Shown here: positions 1 through 14,300 of the stretch, piece after piece
How the letters are laid out: each line of letters starts with the position of its first letter
How positions within the stretch are numbered: position 1 is the first letter of the stretch
NCBI GenBank assembly: GCA_020137815.1
Contig: CM035353.1
Coordinates: 8,246,001-8,310,000 of the forward strand
DNA: 64,000 bases
DNA from: Hormiphora californensis
Taxonomy: Eukaryota; Animalia; Ctenophora
Reading direction: 5' to 3'
The notes under the pieces: generated by a model
Told to the model about the DNA's origin: nothing
Database searches by the model: none
What the model saw: only the letters and a program-made list of their open reading frames with translations
Made by a program: the position numbers and the translations under genes

Positions 1-2325
1 CCTGATCTCTAAGAAAGTTTCCCACTTTGACCCTCCTAATCTCTAAGAAGTTTCCCATTTTGACCTGATCTCTAAGAAAGTTTCCCACTTTGACCTGATC
101 TCTAAGAAAGTTTCCCACTTTGACCCTCCTAATCTCTATAAAATTTTCCCACTTTTACCCTCCTAATCTCTAAGAAAGTTTCCCACTTTGACCTGATCTC
201 TAAGAAACTTTCCCACTTTAACCCTCCTAATCTCTAAGAAACTTTCACACTTTGACCCTCCTAATCTCTAAGAAAGTTTCCCACTTTGACCTGATCTCTA
301 AGAAAGTTTCCCACTTTGACCTGATCTCTAAGAAAGTTTCCCACTTTGACCCTCCTAATCTCTATAAAATTTTCCCACTTTGACCCACCTGATCTCTAAG
401 AAAGTTTTTCCACTTTGACCCTCCTAATCTCTAAGAAAGTTTCCCACTTTGACCTGATCTCTAAGAAAGTTTCCCACTTTGACCTGATCTCTAAGAAAGT
501 TTCCCATTTTGACCTGATCTCTAAGAAAGTTTCCCACTTTGACCTGATCTCTAAGAAAGTTTCCCACTTTGAGCTGATCTCTAAGAAAGTTTCCCACTTT
601 GACCTGATCTCTTAGAAAGTTTCCCACTTTGACCTGATCTCTAAGAAAGTTTCCCACTTTGACCTGATCTCTAAGAAAGTTTCCCACTTTGACCCTCCTA
701 ATCTCTAAGAAAGTTTCCCACTTTGACCTGATCTCTAAGAAAGTTTCCCACTTTGACCCTCCTAATCTCTAAGAAAGTTTCCCACTTTGACCTGATCTCT
801 AAGAAAGTTTCCCACTTTGACCTGATCTCTAAGAAAGTTTCCCACTTTGACCTGATCTCTAAGAAAGTTTTCCACTTTGACCTGATCTCTAAGAAAGTTT
901 CCCACTTTGACCTGATCTCTAAGAAAGTTTCCCACTTTGACCTGATCTCTAAGAAAGTTTCCCACTTTGACCTGATCTCTAAGAAAGTTTCCCACTTTGA
1001 CCCTCCTAATCTCTAAGAAACTTTCACACTCTGCACTGACCCTCCTAATCTCTATGAAAGTTTCCCACTTTGACCTGATCTCTAAGAAAGTTTCCCACTT
1101 TGACCTGATCTCTATGAAAGTTTCCCACTTTGACCTGATCTCTAAGAAAGTTTCCCACTTTGACCTGATCTCTAAGAAAGTTTTCCACTTTGACCTGATC
1201 TCTAAGAAACTATCCCACTTTGACCCTCCTTATCTCTAAGAAACTTTCCCACTTTGACCCTCCTAATCTCTAAGAAACTTTCCCACTTTGACCCTCCTAA
1301 TCTCTAAGAAACTTTCCCACTTTGACCCTCCTTATCTCTAAGAAACTTTCCCACTTTGACCCTCCTTATCTCTAAGAAACTTTCCCTCTTTGACCTTCTT
1401 TATCTCTAAGAAACTTTCCCAATTTGACCCTCCTAATCTCTAAGAAACTTTCCCACTTTGACCCTCCTAATCTCTAAGAAACTTTCCCACTTTGACCCTC
1501 CTAATCTCTAAGAAACTTTCCCACTTTAACCCTCCTTATCTCTAAGAAACTTTCCCACTTTGACCCTTCTAATCTCTAAGAAACTTTCCCATTTTGACCC
1601 TCCTTATCTCTAAGAAACTTTCCCAATTTGACCCTCCTTATCTCTAAGAAACTTTCCCACTTTGACCCTTCGTATCTCTAAGAAACTTTCCCACTTTGAC
1701 CCTCTTAATCTCTAAGAAACTTTCCCACTTTGACCCTCCTTATCTCTAAGAAACTTTCCCACTTTGACCCTCCTTATCTCTAAGAAACATTCCCACTTTG
1801 ACCCTCCTAATCTCTAAGAAATTTTCCCACTTTGACCCTCCTTATCTCTAAGAAACTTTCCCACTTTGACCCTCCTTATCTCTAAGAAACTTTTCCACTT
1901 TGACCCTCCTAATCTCTAAGAAATTTTCCCACTTTGACCCTCCTTATCTCTAAGAAACTTTCCCACTTTGACCCTCCTTATCTCTAAGAAACTTTCCCAT
2001 TTTGACCCTCCTAATCTCTAAGAAACTTTCCCACTTTGACCCTCCTTATCTCTAAGAAACTTTCCCACTTTGACCCTCATTATCTCTAAGAAACTTTCCT
2101 ACTTTGACCCTCCTTATCTCTAAGAAACTTTCCCACTTTGACCCTCCTTATCTCTAAGAAAATGTCCCACTTTGACCCTCCTTATCTCTAAGAACCTTTC
2201 CCACTTTGACCCTCCTTATCTCTAAGAAAATGTCCCACTTTGACCCTCCTTATCTCCTAGAAACTTCCCCACTTTGGCCCTCCTAATTTCTAACAAACTT
2301 TCCCACTTTGACCCTCTTTATTTCC
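1..2325. repeat. Tandem satellite with 30-bp (ctgatctctaagaaagtttcccactttgac) and 34-bp (cctcctaatctctaagaaa(g/c)tttcccactttgac) units, probably intronic in YTHDC2
   Basis: Roughly 70 visible units. The repetitive ORFs (LISKKVSHFD)n are artefacts of the repeat. Confidence 0.95.
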
Positions 2326-2386
2326 AGTGCCATAGTTACCCATACCCGGGCGGCATGCGGTTTGCTCAACATTCCTCACCCCACAG

Positions 2387-5300
2387 GTTACACACATTAT
2401 AATAGATGAAGTACACGATAGGGAGATGTATTCTGACTTCCTACTGAACATCATAAGGGACATCCTACCCCTGAAACCTTATCTCAGTCTTGTACTCATG
2501 ACTGCCGACCCGCAACCTACTAAACTACAGGTAGATACACAGTAGGGAATAGTGGCTGCAGGAGAGGGTATGCAAAGTTCAAGTTTACTCTTTATTTTAT
2601 AGCTTGTTATGTTCTAACCCTCGAAAAACAGTTTAGCTAGGCAAGTTTGGCGGCAGGGTGGTGTAGATTTATCCTAGCTGGCCTGCTTTGCTTTGCTAGG
2701 CAAGTTAAAGCAATTTTCTGCTTTCAGGAATATTTCAAGAAGGCTCCAATTGTGTATGTAAAGGGTCCCCCGGTGGAGGTTCCCAGTATGTTTTTAGAAT
2801 CTGTACTGTCCAGCACCAAATACCATATCAAATATCAGGTATATCTCAGCAGCTCTATAAAATGGTGATCTTTATTTCAATCGTGTGGATTTGATTTAAA
2901 TCCTACAAATATCTCGTTTTTCCATCGCTCTCGCGGCCATACTGTTGTTTTGTTGAACCGAGCGCTCCATAAACAAATCTAAACGACCATCCTACACGCA
3001 GGACCGGAAGGAGGGTGGAATGTCTACGGAGGAGAGGATATACCGGACCAGTCTGGAGGCTGTAACTAATATTATCACCCGGAAAATGAAACAATCCTCC
3101 TCCGTGTTTGATGGTAATTGAGATCCTATAAAACAACATAACCAGCTTGTTAGTTACCCACCAACTAATGTAGCACTAATTGGCACTAATTAACACAACC
3201 TCTCAGCGGGCCTTGTCGGAAGGTTTGGCCAGATGGGTGTATCAGGGGAGGGGTACCAGATCCAGAACAAAGTCCAGATGCTGCAGGGTAACTATGATAG
3301 TAATTTCGAGATCCAGCAACCCCCCTCTGGTGTTGGAGACAGTGCAAAGTACAACTCCGAACTGGGCGATATACTGGGAATAGGTGAGATATTACTGAAT
3401 AGGAGTTAGTTGTGTTAGTAACACAATATTCACTTGGTGTGTGGTATAGCTAAGTACTCCGATTCAGTGGGAAGAGCACTGTGCAATGTGTTACCAAATT
3501 CGGTTTCTCATAGCATGTAAAACACGATCAACATACAAAGAAGCCCCCCCCCCCTAGGTGAACACCACGTTAGTATTACCATGACACCTTATTACAGGTG
3601 AACACCACGAGATGCATGATCACACGGCGGAGGTTTGGGTTTCAGAAGCTATGGATCATGCCATGAGTGTCTGTCTGGAACAGTACAACGAGGTCAACTT
3701 TAGACATGTTATAAATCTCATTGAGAGTGAATACGTGTCTGTGGATTACCACCACACCCCAACCTACATGACTCCTCTCATGGTAAGTAGTGATGGTGAT
3801 TTCCCGGGGATTTCCCCCAAAGTAGTTTTATTTCTGTTTGGGAGAGAAAAGTTCCATGTTTATTGTCTAACTGTACAGCAACTCTGCGCTCTCTTGTGAT
3901 TATAATGTATCAACTCCCACTTCCCAGATAGCAGTCAGTAAGGGGTCCCTGGTACATGTTGAGAAACTGCTAAACCTTGGAGCGGACCCTAATATCAAGG
4001 ATCTTCGTGACAAGACTTCTTACGCGTTAGCAGAGCCTAACTCACCCGTAAGTCCCTTCATACAATGCCGCTCCACCCCTCTCACCTCTGGATTTTACCG
4101 GGCACCAGACACTTCATCCAATTAAATGTCTACTTTATAACGTTGTTTGGTAACCAATGTTGCGGTTACAAAGCCCCCCGACTACCTCAACAATTCTCTC
4201 TCTCCTACAGATCCAGAAGTTGTTAAAAGATCACAATAAGTCCCTGGTGACAGTGCCCCACAGTGGTACAGAGGAACTGAAGATAGTCTCCGCTAAAGAG
4301 GACAGGGATGTGAGTAGTAACTGTCTGGTAGGGGATCTCTATTCTCTAATCTCTACCCCTTCTGAGTATTGTGATTCATTCTCACAGGATTACCTACTGC
4401 CCCTCTACCTACTATTTACACCCATCTCTCTGCCCCTCTCTAGATTTTAGAGAGTTACTACCGACTGGTTGATCCCTCTAAAGCTGACCTGGACCTGATT
4501 TTCTACATCATAACCCTGATTATTGAGTGCCCCCACCCTGATGGGTCTGTCTTGGTGTTCCTGCCTTCCTACGATGACATCATTAGGTATGTCACGTGAT
4601 CTCTCATTCTCTCTACTAGTTCAAGTAACAATCTCTCATTCTCTCCTAGTCAAAGTTACACTCTCTATCTCCACGTGACCCCATTCTCTCTCCTAGTTAA
4701 AGTAACAATCTCTCATTCTCTTTTAGTCAAAGTAACACGCTCTCTATCTCCACGTGACTCCTGCTCTCTCTCTCCTAGTTAAAGTAACAAACTCCCATTC
4801 TCTTCTAGTCAAACTAACACTCTCTCATTCTCTCTCCTAGTTAAAGTAACACTCTCTCCACAGGTTGCGATCAATGTTACTCCAGGACCAGAATATCCTC
4901 CACAAGATTCACATCTTCATGTTGCACAGTGCCATGCAACCCTTCGAGCAGCGCAAGGTACAAATCTCCAACCTGAATCTCGCATCGTGTTGAGAGTTCT
5001 GAAATAGAACTCTAGATGCCCCATCTCGCTCTTCATATTCCCACCTCTGCCATAGAATAGGCTCATTTCCACCACACTAGAAACTGTCTCTACTACTACA
5101 CACCCCTATTATGTCAGGTATTCCGGAAGGCTCCCTACGGTATCCGTAAGATCATTCTCTCCACTGATATCGCCGAGACTAGTCTAACAGTGGACGATGT
5201 TATGTTCGTTATTGATAGTGGTAGAATTGAGGAGCGCCTGTATGATCCTGCTGCGGGGATTAACAAGTTTACAACTCAGTGGATCACCAAGAAGAATGCA

Positions 5301-8300
5301 CATTATAGGAAGAGTAGGGCTGGGAGGTTCAATCCTGGGGTGTGCTATCATCTGTTCAGCAAAGACAGGTAAATACAGTGTGGGGTTAACCCGGGTTCAC
5401 CATGCGAATGTATTTTGTAAGGGAGCGAATTATGGTAGATTATCTGATTTATCCCCCTTTGTCAAATTTAGCGCGGATAATTTCAATCGCGGATGACAGT
5501 TGTAAAAAAGTAATCGCGGATAAGTACATCGCGGATTTAAGTGATCGCGTAAAAGCAGATAGAGAGAAAGAGAGAAATATAAAGGGAGGGGATCTTGTAC
5601 CCAACCACTTGGGAGAGTCTGATAAAGCTCTCCCTCCCATATGAATAAAAAATAGCGTACGCTCTTAATTGTCTTTTTATGTCACACTTTCCTACATTCT
5701 AGAACACTGACACAATGTTGTCTCTCTTCATAAAACCTGTAGCTGGTGTCTATATATACAGTATTAGCAGTTAGTATGCCTACAACGGTTTATTCTCAAT
5801 TCGAACATTAAGCTGTAATATAATAATTCTAACGATTACTTATTAAACTAGTTATCATGATACAGTTCTCACATCACATTTGGTCAGAGCTCCCTTATCT
5901 CTGTTCTGCTTGCGAATCTCTATAATTGTGAGATATCTATCTCTCCTGCTATGAGTGGTAGTACAGCCTCTACTTGTAGTTTCAAAGACCGGCTGAGAGT
6001 GTATAGCGATGAAAGGGTACTAAGAAGTGTCTATGGTGAAGTGCAGGGCGAGCTATTTGACCTGGTACGCGACCTGTTTACTCATGCTGATGCCAAGGAT
6101 TCCTTCCCGAAGAGTTTAACTGCCGGCCGTGGTGTGTGGGATAGCTTGAAGTGTCCTACTAAGAGTAAGATCAAGGGGATTAAGAAACCAGAACTAGAAG
6201 ATTTCACAGAGAAGGTGTGCCGTTTGCTTGTGGAGAGGTGTTACCCGCTGCTTGATCGTCTGAGTAACTAAGTTGAGGACAGTGAGAGGAGGCTATTGGA
6301 TGGTCAAGAGGAGCTGATTGCTTCTCATCGAGCACTGGTAGATGCCCAGGCACAACTTGTTAAATTGCAGTGTGAGTTGTTGGAAAAGCGAGATAAGGAG
6401 TCGTACAGTCTACAGCAGAAGAGGAAATCAAGACCTTTTCTTCTGTTCTCAAGAAGCGATGCGACACTGTCCTTGCTCCGAAGCGAATCAGCACAGCAAT
6501 TAGCAGTGCAACGGGGGACAGGATAAGCAATGTGATTGTTCATGGGTTGTGTGATGGTAAAAGTGAAAACAACAACGATCTGGAGTTAGAAGTCAGACGT
6601 CTGTTTGATCACCTGGACGAGTGTACTACCAATGTTTGGGGTATGGAGCACCTTGGTAGGTACAAGGAGGGTACTGACCGACCGGTGAATTTCCGAGATC
6701 GGATTCTATCGTGCAAGAATAGTCTGAAGAAATCTCAAGATTTCAGTAAAACTTTCATATCCCCCGATCGTTCACCAGAGGAGAGGAGGAAGTTGGTTGC
6801 TGAGCTGAGGGTGAGGAAGGAGGAGGAACCTGGGAAGACCTTTGGAATCAGAGGAGGCAAGGTAGTGGAGGTGCAGGTGGTGATTTGAGTGTTTGGGCGT
6901 GTGTGTGGGACTGATGATACATTAATTGCTAGGTTTTGTGACCAGATTTTTGAGCATCCGAGCACTGGACATTTAGATGGATTATAGACATTTTATATTT
7001 TTACATTTTAAGGGTTTGCAGCAAAGGTGAACCGCTCTGATGCTCCATGTTACTAGGGTTTTTTAGATTCTGGTATTCTATGGGGTCTGAGCGTGTATAC
7101 AAATGCTGATATTATTATTATTATTATTTAGAGCAAAAACTAATTGAAATTAGTTCGCCAGAAAGGTGGCCCATTTTGAACTTACTTCTTCATTTCCGTC
7201 ACCTTTGAGTTGAGGCTTCAAAGACATTGAGGTATCCGTAAACTTTTCCGCCTTCAACTCAAAGGTGACGGAAATGAAGGAGTAAGTTCAAAATGGGCCA
7301 CCTTTCTGGCGAACTAATTTCAATTAGTTTTTGCTCTAAATTTGTACTCTTTTTTGGTCGTTTGAGGTCATTAATGACCTCAAACAACTAAGCTAATTGT
7401 CAACTAAAGTGTTCAAATTTAATTCAAATGTATCCTGGGTTGTAGGAAACTGATTTGACGAAATTTTCAAAATTCGACGTCGTTTTGACGTCGTGACGTC
7501 ACACGACGACGTCACGACGACGTAAAAAATTATGACAGAATATTCGGCCAATGAAGCACTAAACGTGAGAAAATTTTTAAAGGCCATGGTAGTCAAGAAC
7601 TGAAGTTATTGCACGAAATGCGAGTTTTTATGTGGATTTTCACATCAAATTTTTGAGTTCCGACGCGTTTTAAGGTCTAAAAATGACAAGTTAGAGAAAA
7701 TCGCGATATAGTTTCTTTAAGTTCAGACAATTTGCCACTAACGATTTTTCGTCAAATCAGTAATCAGAATACGTCTTGAGGGTGATAGAGGCGTTTGAAA
7801 ATATTTGGTCTGAGATTTTTCAATGACGACACTTTGTGACGTCATTGCGGTCGTCATAGAGGACATTTTCACTCGAAACCTTAACTAATGCATGCCCCGA
7901 ACGATTTCGAAACGGATAAAACTTGGTTCAAGTCTCTAGCTAGTATGGTTCAGGCTACAAGTGTTACACAGTGAAGCGTCTATATCTATCTATCTATCTA
8001 TATATATATACATGTGTATAGACCTTAAAGTAAGAGTGGCGCGCCGTGTTTTCTCACAAAACTTAGTGGATGAACGGGGAGTACCACCAGGACCATTGGT
8101 ACGGTATCGAAAATTTCCAATTCTGTCTCGTTCATTAGTTATGACGTAATATGTTCATTATTTCAACTTTCATAAAATTGCTCTACAGAAAAATCTGTTC
8201 ATTGTGGATTGAAATGGATGCTTGCATCGTGTTCAGCGTCAAAAAATAGCCGGGGTACCAAATTTTGGTGTCTCTACCTTGTCTGTGACGCGAGATATCG

Positions 8301-11300
8301 ACAATTATTAAAAACGACCAAAAATGGGAGAAAGAGAGTTTGTTATCTTTGGGTGCTAGTTGTTTGTGCGCGCCACCCACTTGTAACAATCTCTCTTTCT
8401 CTCACTTTTGTCGTTTTTGATATTTGTCAATATCTCGCGTCACAGACAAGGTAGAGACACCAAAATTTGGTACCCCGGCTATTTTTTGACGCTGAACACG
8501 ATGCAAGCATCCATTTCAATCCACAATGAACAGATTTTTCTGTAGAGCAATTTTGTGAAAGTTGAAATAATGAACATATTACGTCATAACTAATAAATGA
8601 GACGGAATTGGAAATTTTCTATACCGTACCAATGGTCCTGGTGGTACTCCCCGTTCATTCACCAAGTTTTGTGAGAAAACATGGCGCGCCACTCTTACTT
8701 TAAAAACTGCTGTTGTTTTTAATTTGTATCTATCTATATATATATATATATATATACCTATCGCCACACTGAATTTTCTGTTTTGGGGGTGGTGTCATAA
8801 CTTGCGACCGGAATGAGCTAGCTACTTGAAATTTTTACCGTCAGTAGAGGTCTACGTGAAGCTTCTTAGTACCAAATTTTAGCCTCCTAGCTCATCTGGT
8901 TCTTGAGTTAGGAGGGGTCGAAAAGTGCCAAAATGGGCTAAAACTTCAAAATTGTTATATCTACGCTGTTGGCAAGCGGGCCCACTTTTTCGGGAAAAGT
9001 TTTTGGGGGGATGGGATGGGGCCACCTTTGCGCTTGCCAGCGCAGTGATACTTTGCATCCTAGTTGTATTTGCAACTGCTGCTGGTTCCGATCTTATAGA
9101 TATTTCGGGTATCGAGGGTAGCCCCCATCGTAATAGCAGAACCACACAACAGGCCATCGACCGAGACAACAATACATACTACCATTCGCTTATGCATAAT
9201 AACAATGTGAAGTATATTCACGTTAGTTTAACCGAAGCAGCCGTGGTTAGTAAAGTCGCCATCCTGAATAGGTGGGTTAATGCATGACATACAGACTATC
9301 ATGCACTTACAACTATAGTCCCGTCTCATATAAGACGACGTCTTATCCATAAGACGGGAACTAAACATCGGAACTAACCATCGGAACTAACCATGATCGT
9401 AATTCTAACTCTCGGCGTCTCTCTTTCTCACTCCCCTGTCTCTATCTTTTCATCTTTCTCTCTCCCAATCCCCATCTCTCTCCCTCTCTCTCTCCCTCTC
9501 GTTCCCTTTCTCACTCCAAATCCCCGTCTCTATATCGTTCCATATTTCTCTCCAGTCTCCAGCTTCTCCCTTTCTTACTCCCAATCTATCTTTCTCTCCA
9601 GAATAATTTAAAACATTTCCCGCACTGCTGCTGTTGTTGTTGCTCCATTTCCTGTGTTCAACAGTCAACACCGGTCCAAAATATATCGTGAAAGAGAGAG
9701 ATGAAATAACAGAGAGGGAGAGAAAGAGAGAGATATCTAACATGGCTATCTGCCTCTGACTCTCCCCCCCCCCCCTCTCTCGCTCTCTCTCTACCTAGCT
9801 CCCTAATCCAGCTATGACCTATCTGCCTCTGACTCTCCCCCCCCCTCTCTCGCTCTCTCTCTACCTAGCTCCCTAATCCAGCTATGACCTATCTGCCTCT
9901 GACTCTCCCCCCCTCTCTCGCTCTCTCACTCTCTTTCGCTCTCTCTCTCCCTCTCTCCTCTCTCTACCTAGCTCCCTAATCTCTATTATGACCTATCCAC
10001 GCATTGTTACAACAAAGCTAAGAACAAAGACATAATTACATAGTACTAGATCACGTCCTCTCGGATCACGTCCAGGACGATTCTAATTCTAACGATTACT
10101 TATTATCCTAGTTATCATGTTACTTTGCATCCTAGTTGTATTTGCAACTGCTGCTGGTTCCGATCTTCTAGATATTTCGGGTATCGAGGGTAGCCCCGAT
10201 CGTAATAGCAGAACCACACAACAGGCCATCGACCGAGACAACAATACATACTACCATTCGCTTATGAATGACGATGTGAAGTATATTCACGTTAGTCTAA
10301 CCGAAGCAGCCGTGGTTAGTCAAGTCACCATCCTGAATAGGTGAGTTAATGCATGACATATAAGCTTATAAGACGACGTCTTATCCATAAGACGGGAACT
10401 AACCATGACCGGTTTGACTGTTTTTAATACATAACTCTCTTTTAGGATATATTACCACGAATCAGTAATAGATAGGATTCTCGGTACTGAAGTGACGCTC
10501 ACATACAACGGCACCACTGTCACCTCATGTGGGACAATAACAACAACCTCAACAGATAACACCTACACTCTGACATGCCCAGTTGCCATAGCAACGGGTG
10601 TTAACATAACTGATAACACAGGGACACCCGGATATGAATCTCACGGCATTGCGATGAATATCGCAGAGGTGTGGGTGTACGGCGTAAATTTTGTCGAGCC
10701 AACGATAGGTAATTATCAATTGGGTTTAGAATTGAATAAGAATTCTTATGATACGTGTAACCTATACTTGTCGGACTATACAAACAACAACAAATCTTTA
10801 TTAGTCGATTGTGAGTTGACCGTACTCACTGGACCATCAGCCAGCAGGTCCACGGCAACGGGACTAAGCCCTGATACCCCAACACACAGATGGGAGATCA
10901 GGGCTCAGCTGGCACGAAGAGCTCATTTCTGAGCTCCCCCCGTTGAGCTCACCTCACACACACATCACACTACACTACACACACAAACACACTCACACAC
11001 TCATTCAATGCCCAGATCCAGCACAACGTAGTCTGTTTGTGCCGCCCGGTGGGTGTGGATTCAAGCTGGGCGGTCTGGACAGCTGCATTCATGTCCGGTG
11101 GTGGAGGGACCTGCACCATTCCGCATCATCTCAAATTGGATGGTCACCTCCTTATGCATCCTTTGCAGCTGGTGTATGATGCCGCCTTGTCTAGAAGCAA
11201 GATTCACATTACAGTCGACCATTGAGTGTGTCAGTGCCTGCAAGGATTGGGTGTGTTAGTTGTGAATTTTACCGTACCAGATATGATATAACATGATGTC

Positions 11301-14300
11301 ATAAGATTATAAATTATGGGCCTAAATATTGGGGCTATTGTGCTTACCTTGTTCTTTTCAATGATTGTCCTAAACATTGGTCCAAGCTCTGCTGCTAGGG
11401 GTTCCATAAGGGAAGTCAGTAGTTTCAATTGTCGCCTGGTTTCCCCCGGCTTCATAAGTGATACCCTCCTCGGTCCTTCCAATCATTCTGGTGAGGATGT
11501 ACACTGCAATGATTCCGAGTAGTAGAGTCGCAACCGGGATTACTTGCATGGCGATGAGAGTTGCTGCGTTAATTTCCATAATGGATGGTGCTTGGGTGGT
11601 TGTTGAGTTTTGTGCGTTGAGAGAGAACAAACCAAACAAACTTATCTTCCCGGAGGGTACTGCACGTGCAAATATGTAGAGACTATATCCCCGCCCGGTT
11701 ACCATAGTTACACGTGCAGATTTAGTGGCAGTCAGAATCACAGCACACAGCCACAAATCTGTCAATCTTTCATACTGATACCACAGACTTTATCAGGCAA
11801 AGGTTCTGTCAGACGGATAGTTTGGTACGCTTCCTATTGGCTATTACCTAGACTGAGCCACACAGACAGACAGTTCATACCAGTTTCACAAGGTGTTCAA
11901 CCCCCCCCCCCCCCTGACCTTACCCCTGACCTTGACACAGATATCATACCCCAATAATGCGAGGACAATATACACTTTAGTGCTATCGATTTCTTCTCTA
12001 CTCATTTTCTAAGATGGTTTTGAGTTTTCACTACAGGCTAGAAACACAGGTAAAATGGCGTGGCCGAAAAAACACTCTTACACCCCTCTTGGGACCACAT
12101 TCCCGTTGAAAAACCTTTGTCACAAATATCCCAGTTGGTTTGCATACTAATGTCATCAACAAGTGGGTGAAATGATTTGTAATGTAAAGAGCTTGATTTT
12201 ATCCGCGATCACTTATCCGCGCCATTGTTTTTCCGCGATTGAAATTATATCCGCGAAACCGCGTTTATAAACACATTTGGACCCCGATTTACAATGCCCT
12301 GATTTACCAGAACCCCGATTTACTGCGCAAAACCCTTCCCCCGGGCATTCCGGTAAATCAGGGTCCGACTGTATCACCTGTTGATTGATATAGGATATTA
12401 CACCCCACCCTCTCCCAGGTACAAGACTCTGACTCCCCCTTCCCTCGCAGGTACAAGACTCTGAACGAGGAGCCCCCCGCTGAAATGTTCAAAGTGTCTC
12501 TCTCTGAGATAGCACTCAATACTAAAGTCCTGGCACCGCATAATATGCCCATTGAAGAGTTCCTGTCAAAGGGAATAGAGAGCCCTCCCGTCCCTGCACT
12601 AAAAAAGGTATACAGAGACCTGAGACGAGACTGTTCTGTTTCGGTCTATTTTAAAGTTTTATTAACTGTGAACAGGAGCTATTTGTTTAGCTTGTTATGT
12701 TTTAACCCTCCTATACATTAGTTTCCCGTGCGAGGAAACAGGAGCGAGCAAGGTGTGTTTAGCAGATTGTAGCTACTAACTGAACCTTATCCCCTTGCAG
12801 GCAGTGGGAGAGCTCTCACGGCAGGAGGCCCTGACACAATGGGAGGAGTTGACCACAGTAGGAAAACATCTCTCTGAGCTGCCCATAGACCCACACTTGG
12901 GCAAGGTGGTCCTGTACTCCGTCATTCTAAAGTGTCTTGACCCGGTATGTGTGTTATTATTTCTCTTCCAATTTCTCCGTTATGGTAACGAAATAAGCCC
13001 TATCTGGCCCTTTACTTGTGAAGGGAGGGCTCCAGCGCGCCTCGTGCAGGAGACTGAGGAAGGAGTAGTTACCAAGTACCACCTCTAGTGTTTTATAGTC
13101 CTACCAACAAATCCACTAAATAACAAGTCCACTAATTAGTAATTAACATGTCCACTAATTACAGATACTCACCATTGTGTGCTCCATGGCCTATACAGAT
13201 CCCTTCTTGAGGCCCAGCGACCAGAGTATGAAGGTGTGCTGTCTACAGGCCAGGAGACGGTTCTCAATCTGCTCCCAATCTGACCACCTCTGTGCTCTGA
13301 AAGCATTCCTCGGTAATATCTCACTAAACTATCCTCCTTCAAGTTGTTTTGGAACAGTATGGATTCCTAAATGGTAAATGCACCCCCTCATTTATTGTCT
13401 GTGGTTTCAGGTTGGCAAAAAGCCCGAGCTAACGGCTGGGAAAACCAGTTCTGTGAGAAGAACTTCCTGTCCCTGGCCCGGTTGGAGATGATAGAGGGAC
13501 TCCGGGCCCAGATCATTGCCCAACTCAGATCCATGGGATTCATACGTCAAAAGGGAGGTGTGGACATACGGAATCTGAATGACAACAGCGACAAGTGGTC
13601 AGTAGGGGGCAGGCCAACTTGGGGGCGGGGCCAGTGTTAAGTCTGTTGTGGCGAGCTGTTGGGGGACAGTACGTTATCTGTAGTAGTAGTGAGTTGTGCC
13701 GCTCTGGGGGTGTAAGTTGTCAGGGTGGGAGGAGTAGTTAGAACCACACACATCCCCTGCAGGTACATAGTAAAGGCGTGTCTGGTAGGAGGACTATACC
13801 CCCGACTAGCTCGGGTTGACAGGACTAATAATACCATCTACACTTGTCACGACACAGAGCTGGATCTACACAGGGATTCAGTACTTAACCTCATAACCTC
13901 CAGTATGTATCTCCTCAGTTTGTATTATTTGGACGACTCTTTCCATTCATCAGTATTCCAAGACACTGCCCTCAGTAACAATATACCCTCATTATTCCAG
14001 AGTCCCACCAAACCAGATCGGACCGTCAAAAGGAGGCGGTTGGGGCGCTATCCAGTGATTGGTTAGTGTACGATGAAGTTGTCCCTGCAGAGGGGGAGGA
14101 GGGAAGGAAGTCCCTAAGGTGCTGTACTGCAGTTTCAGCACTGACCGTGGCACTCTTTGCTGGTAGTTCCGGATCTCTTGAGGAAGACAAGGAACTGGAA
14201 AACTCAGGTTAGTTTGATAACTGCGGTGTATGTCTAAATTTCTAAAATTCAACTTCCCATCCTAGGACCTTACATGAATTGGAAAACTCAGAAGGGAGTA

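Noticed and set aside
415-1239. Repetitive ORFs (LISKKVSHFD)n
   Set aside because: They are translations of a 30-bp satellite.
2838-3598. Apparent phase conflict in YTHDC2
   Set aside because: Resolved by exons 3002-3113 and 3207-3383.
7967-7973. RSS-like heptamer CACAGTG (Transib/RAG-type end)
   Set aside because: No matching opposite end, TSD or transposase found; 7 bp can occur by chance.
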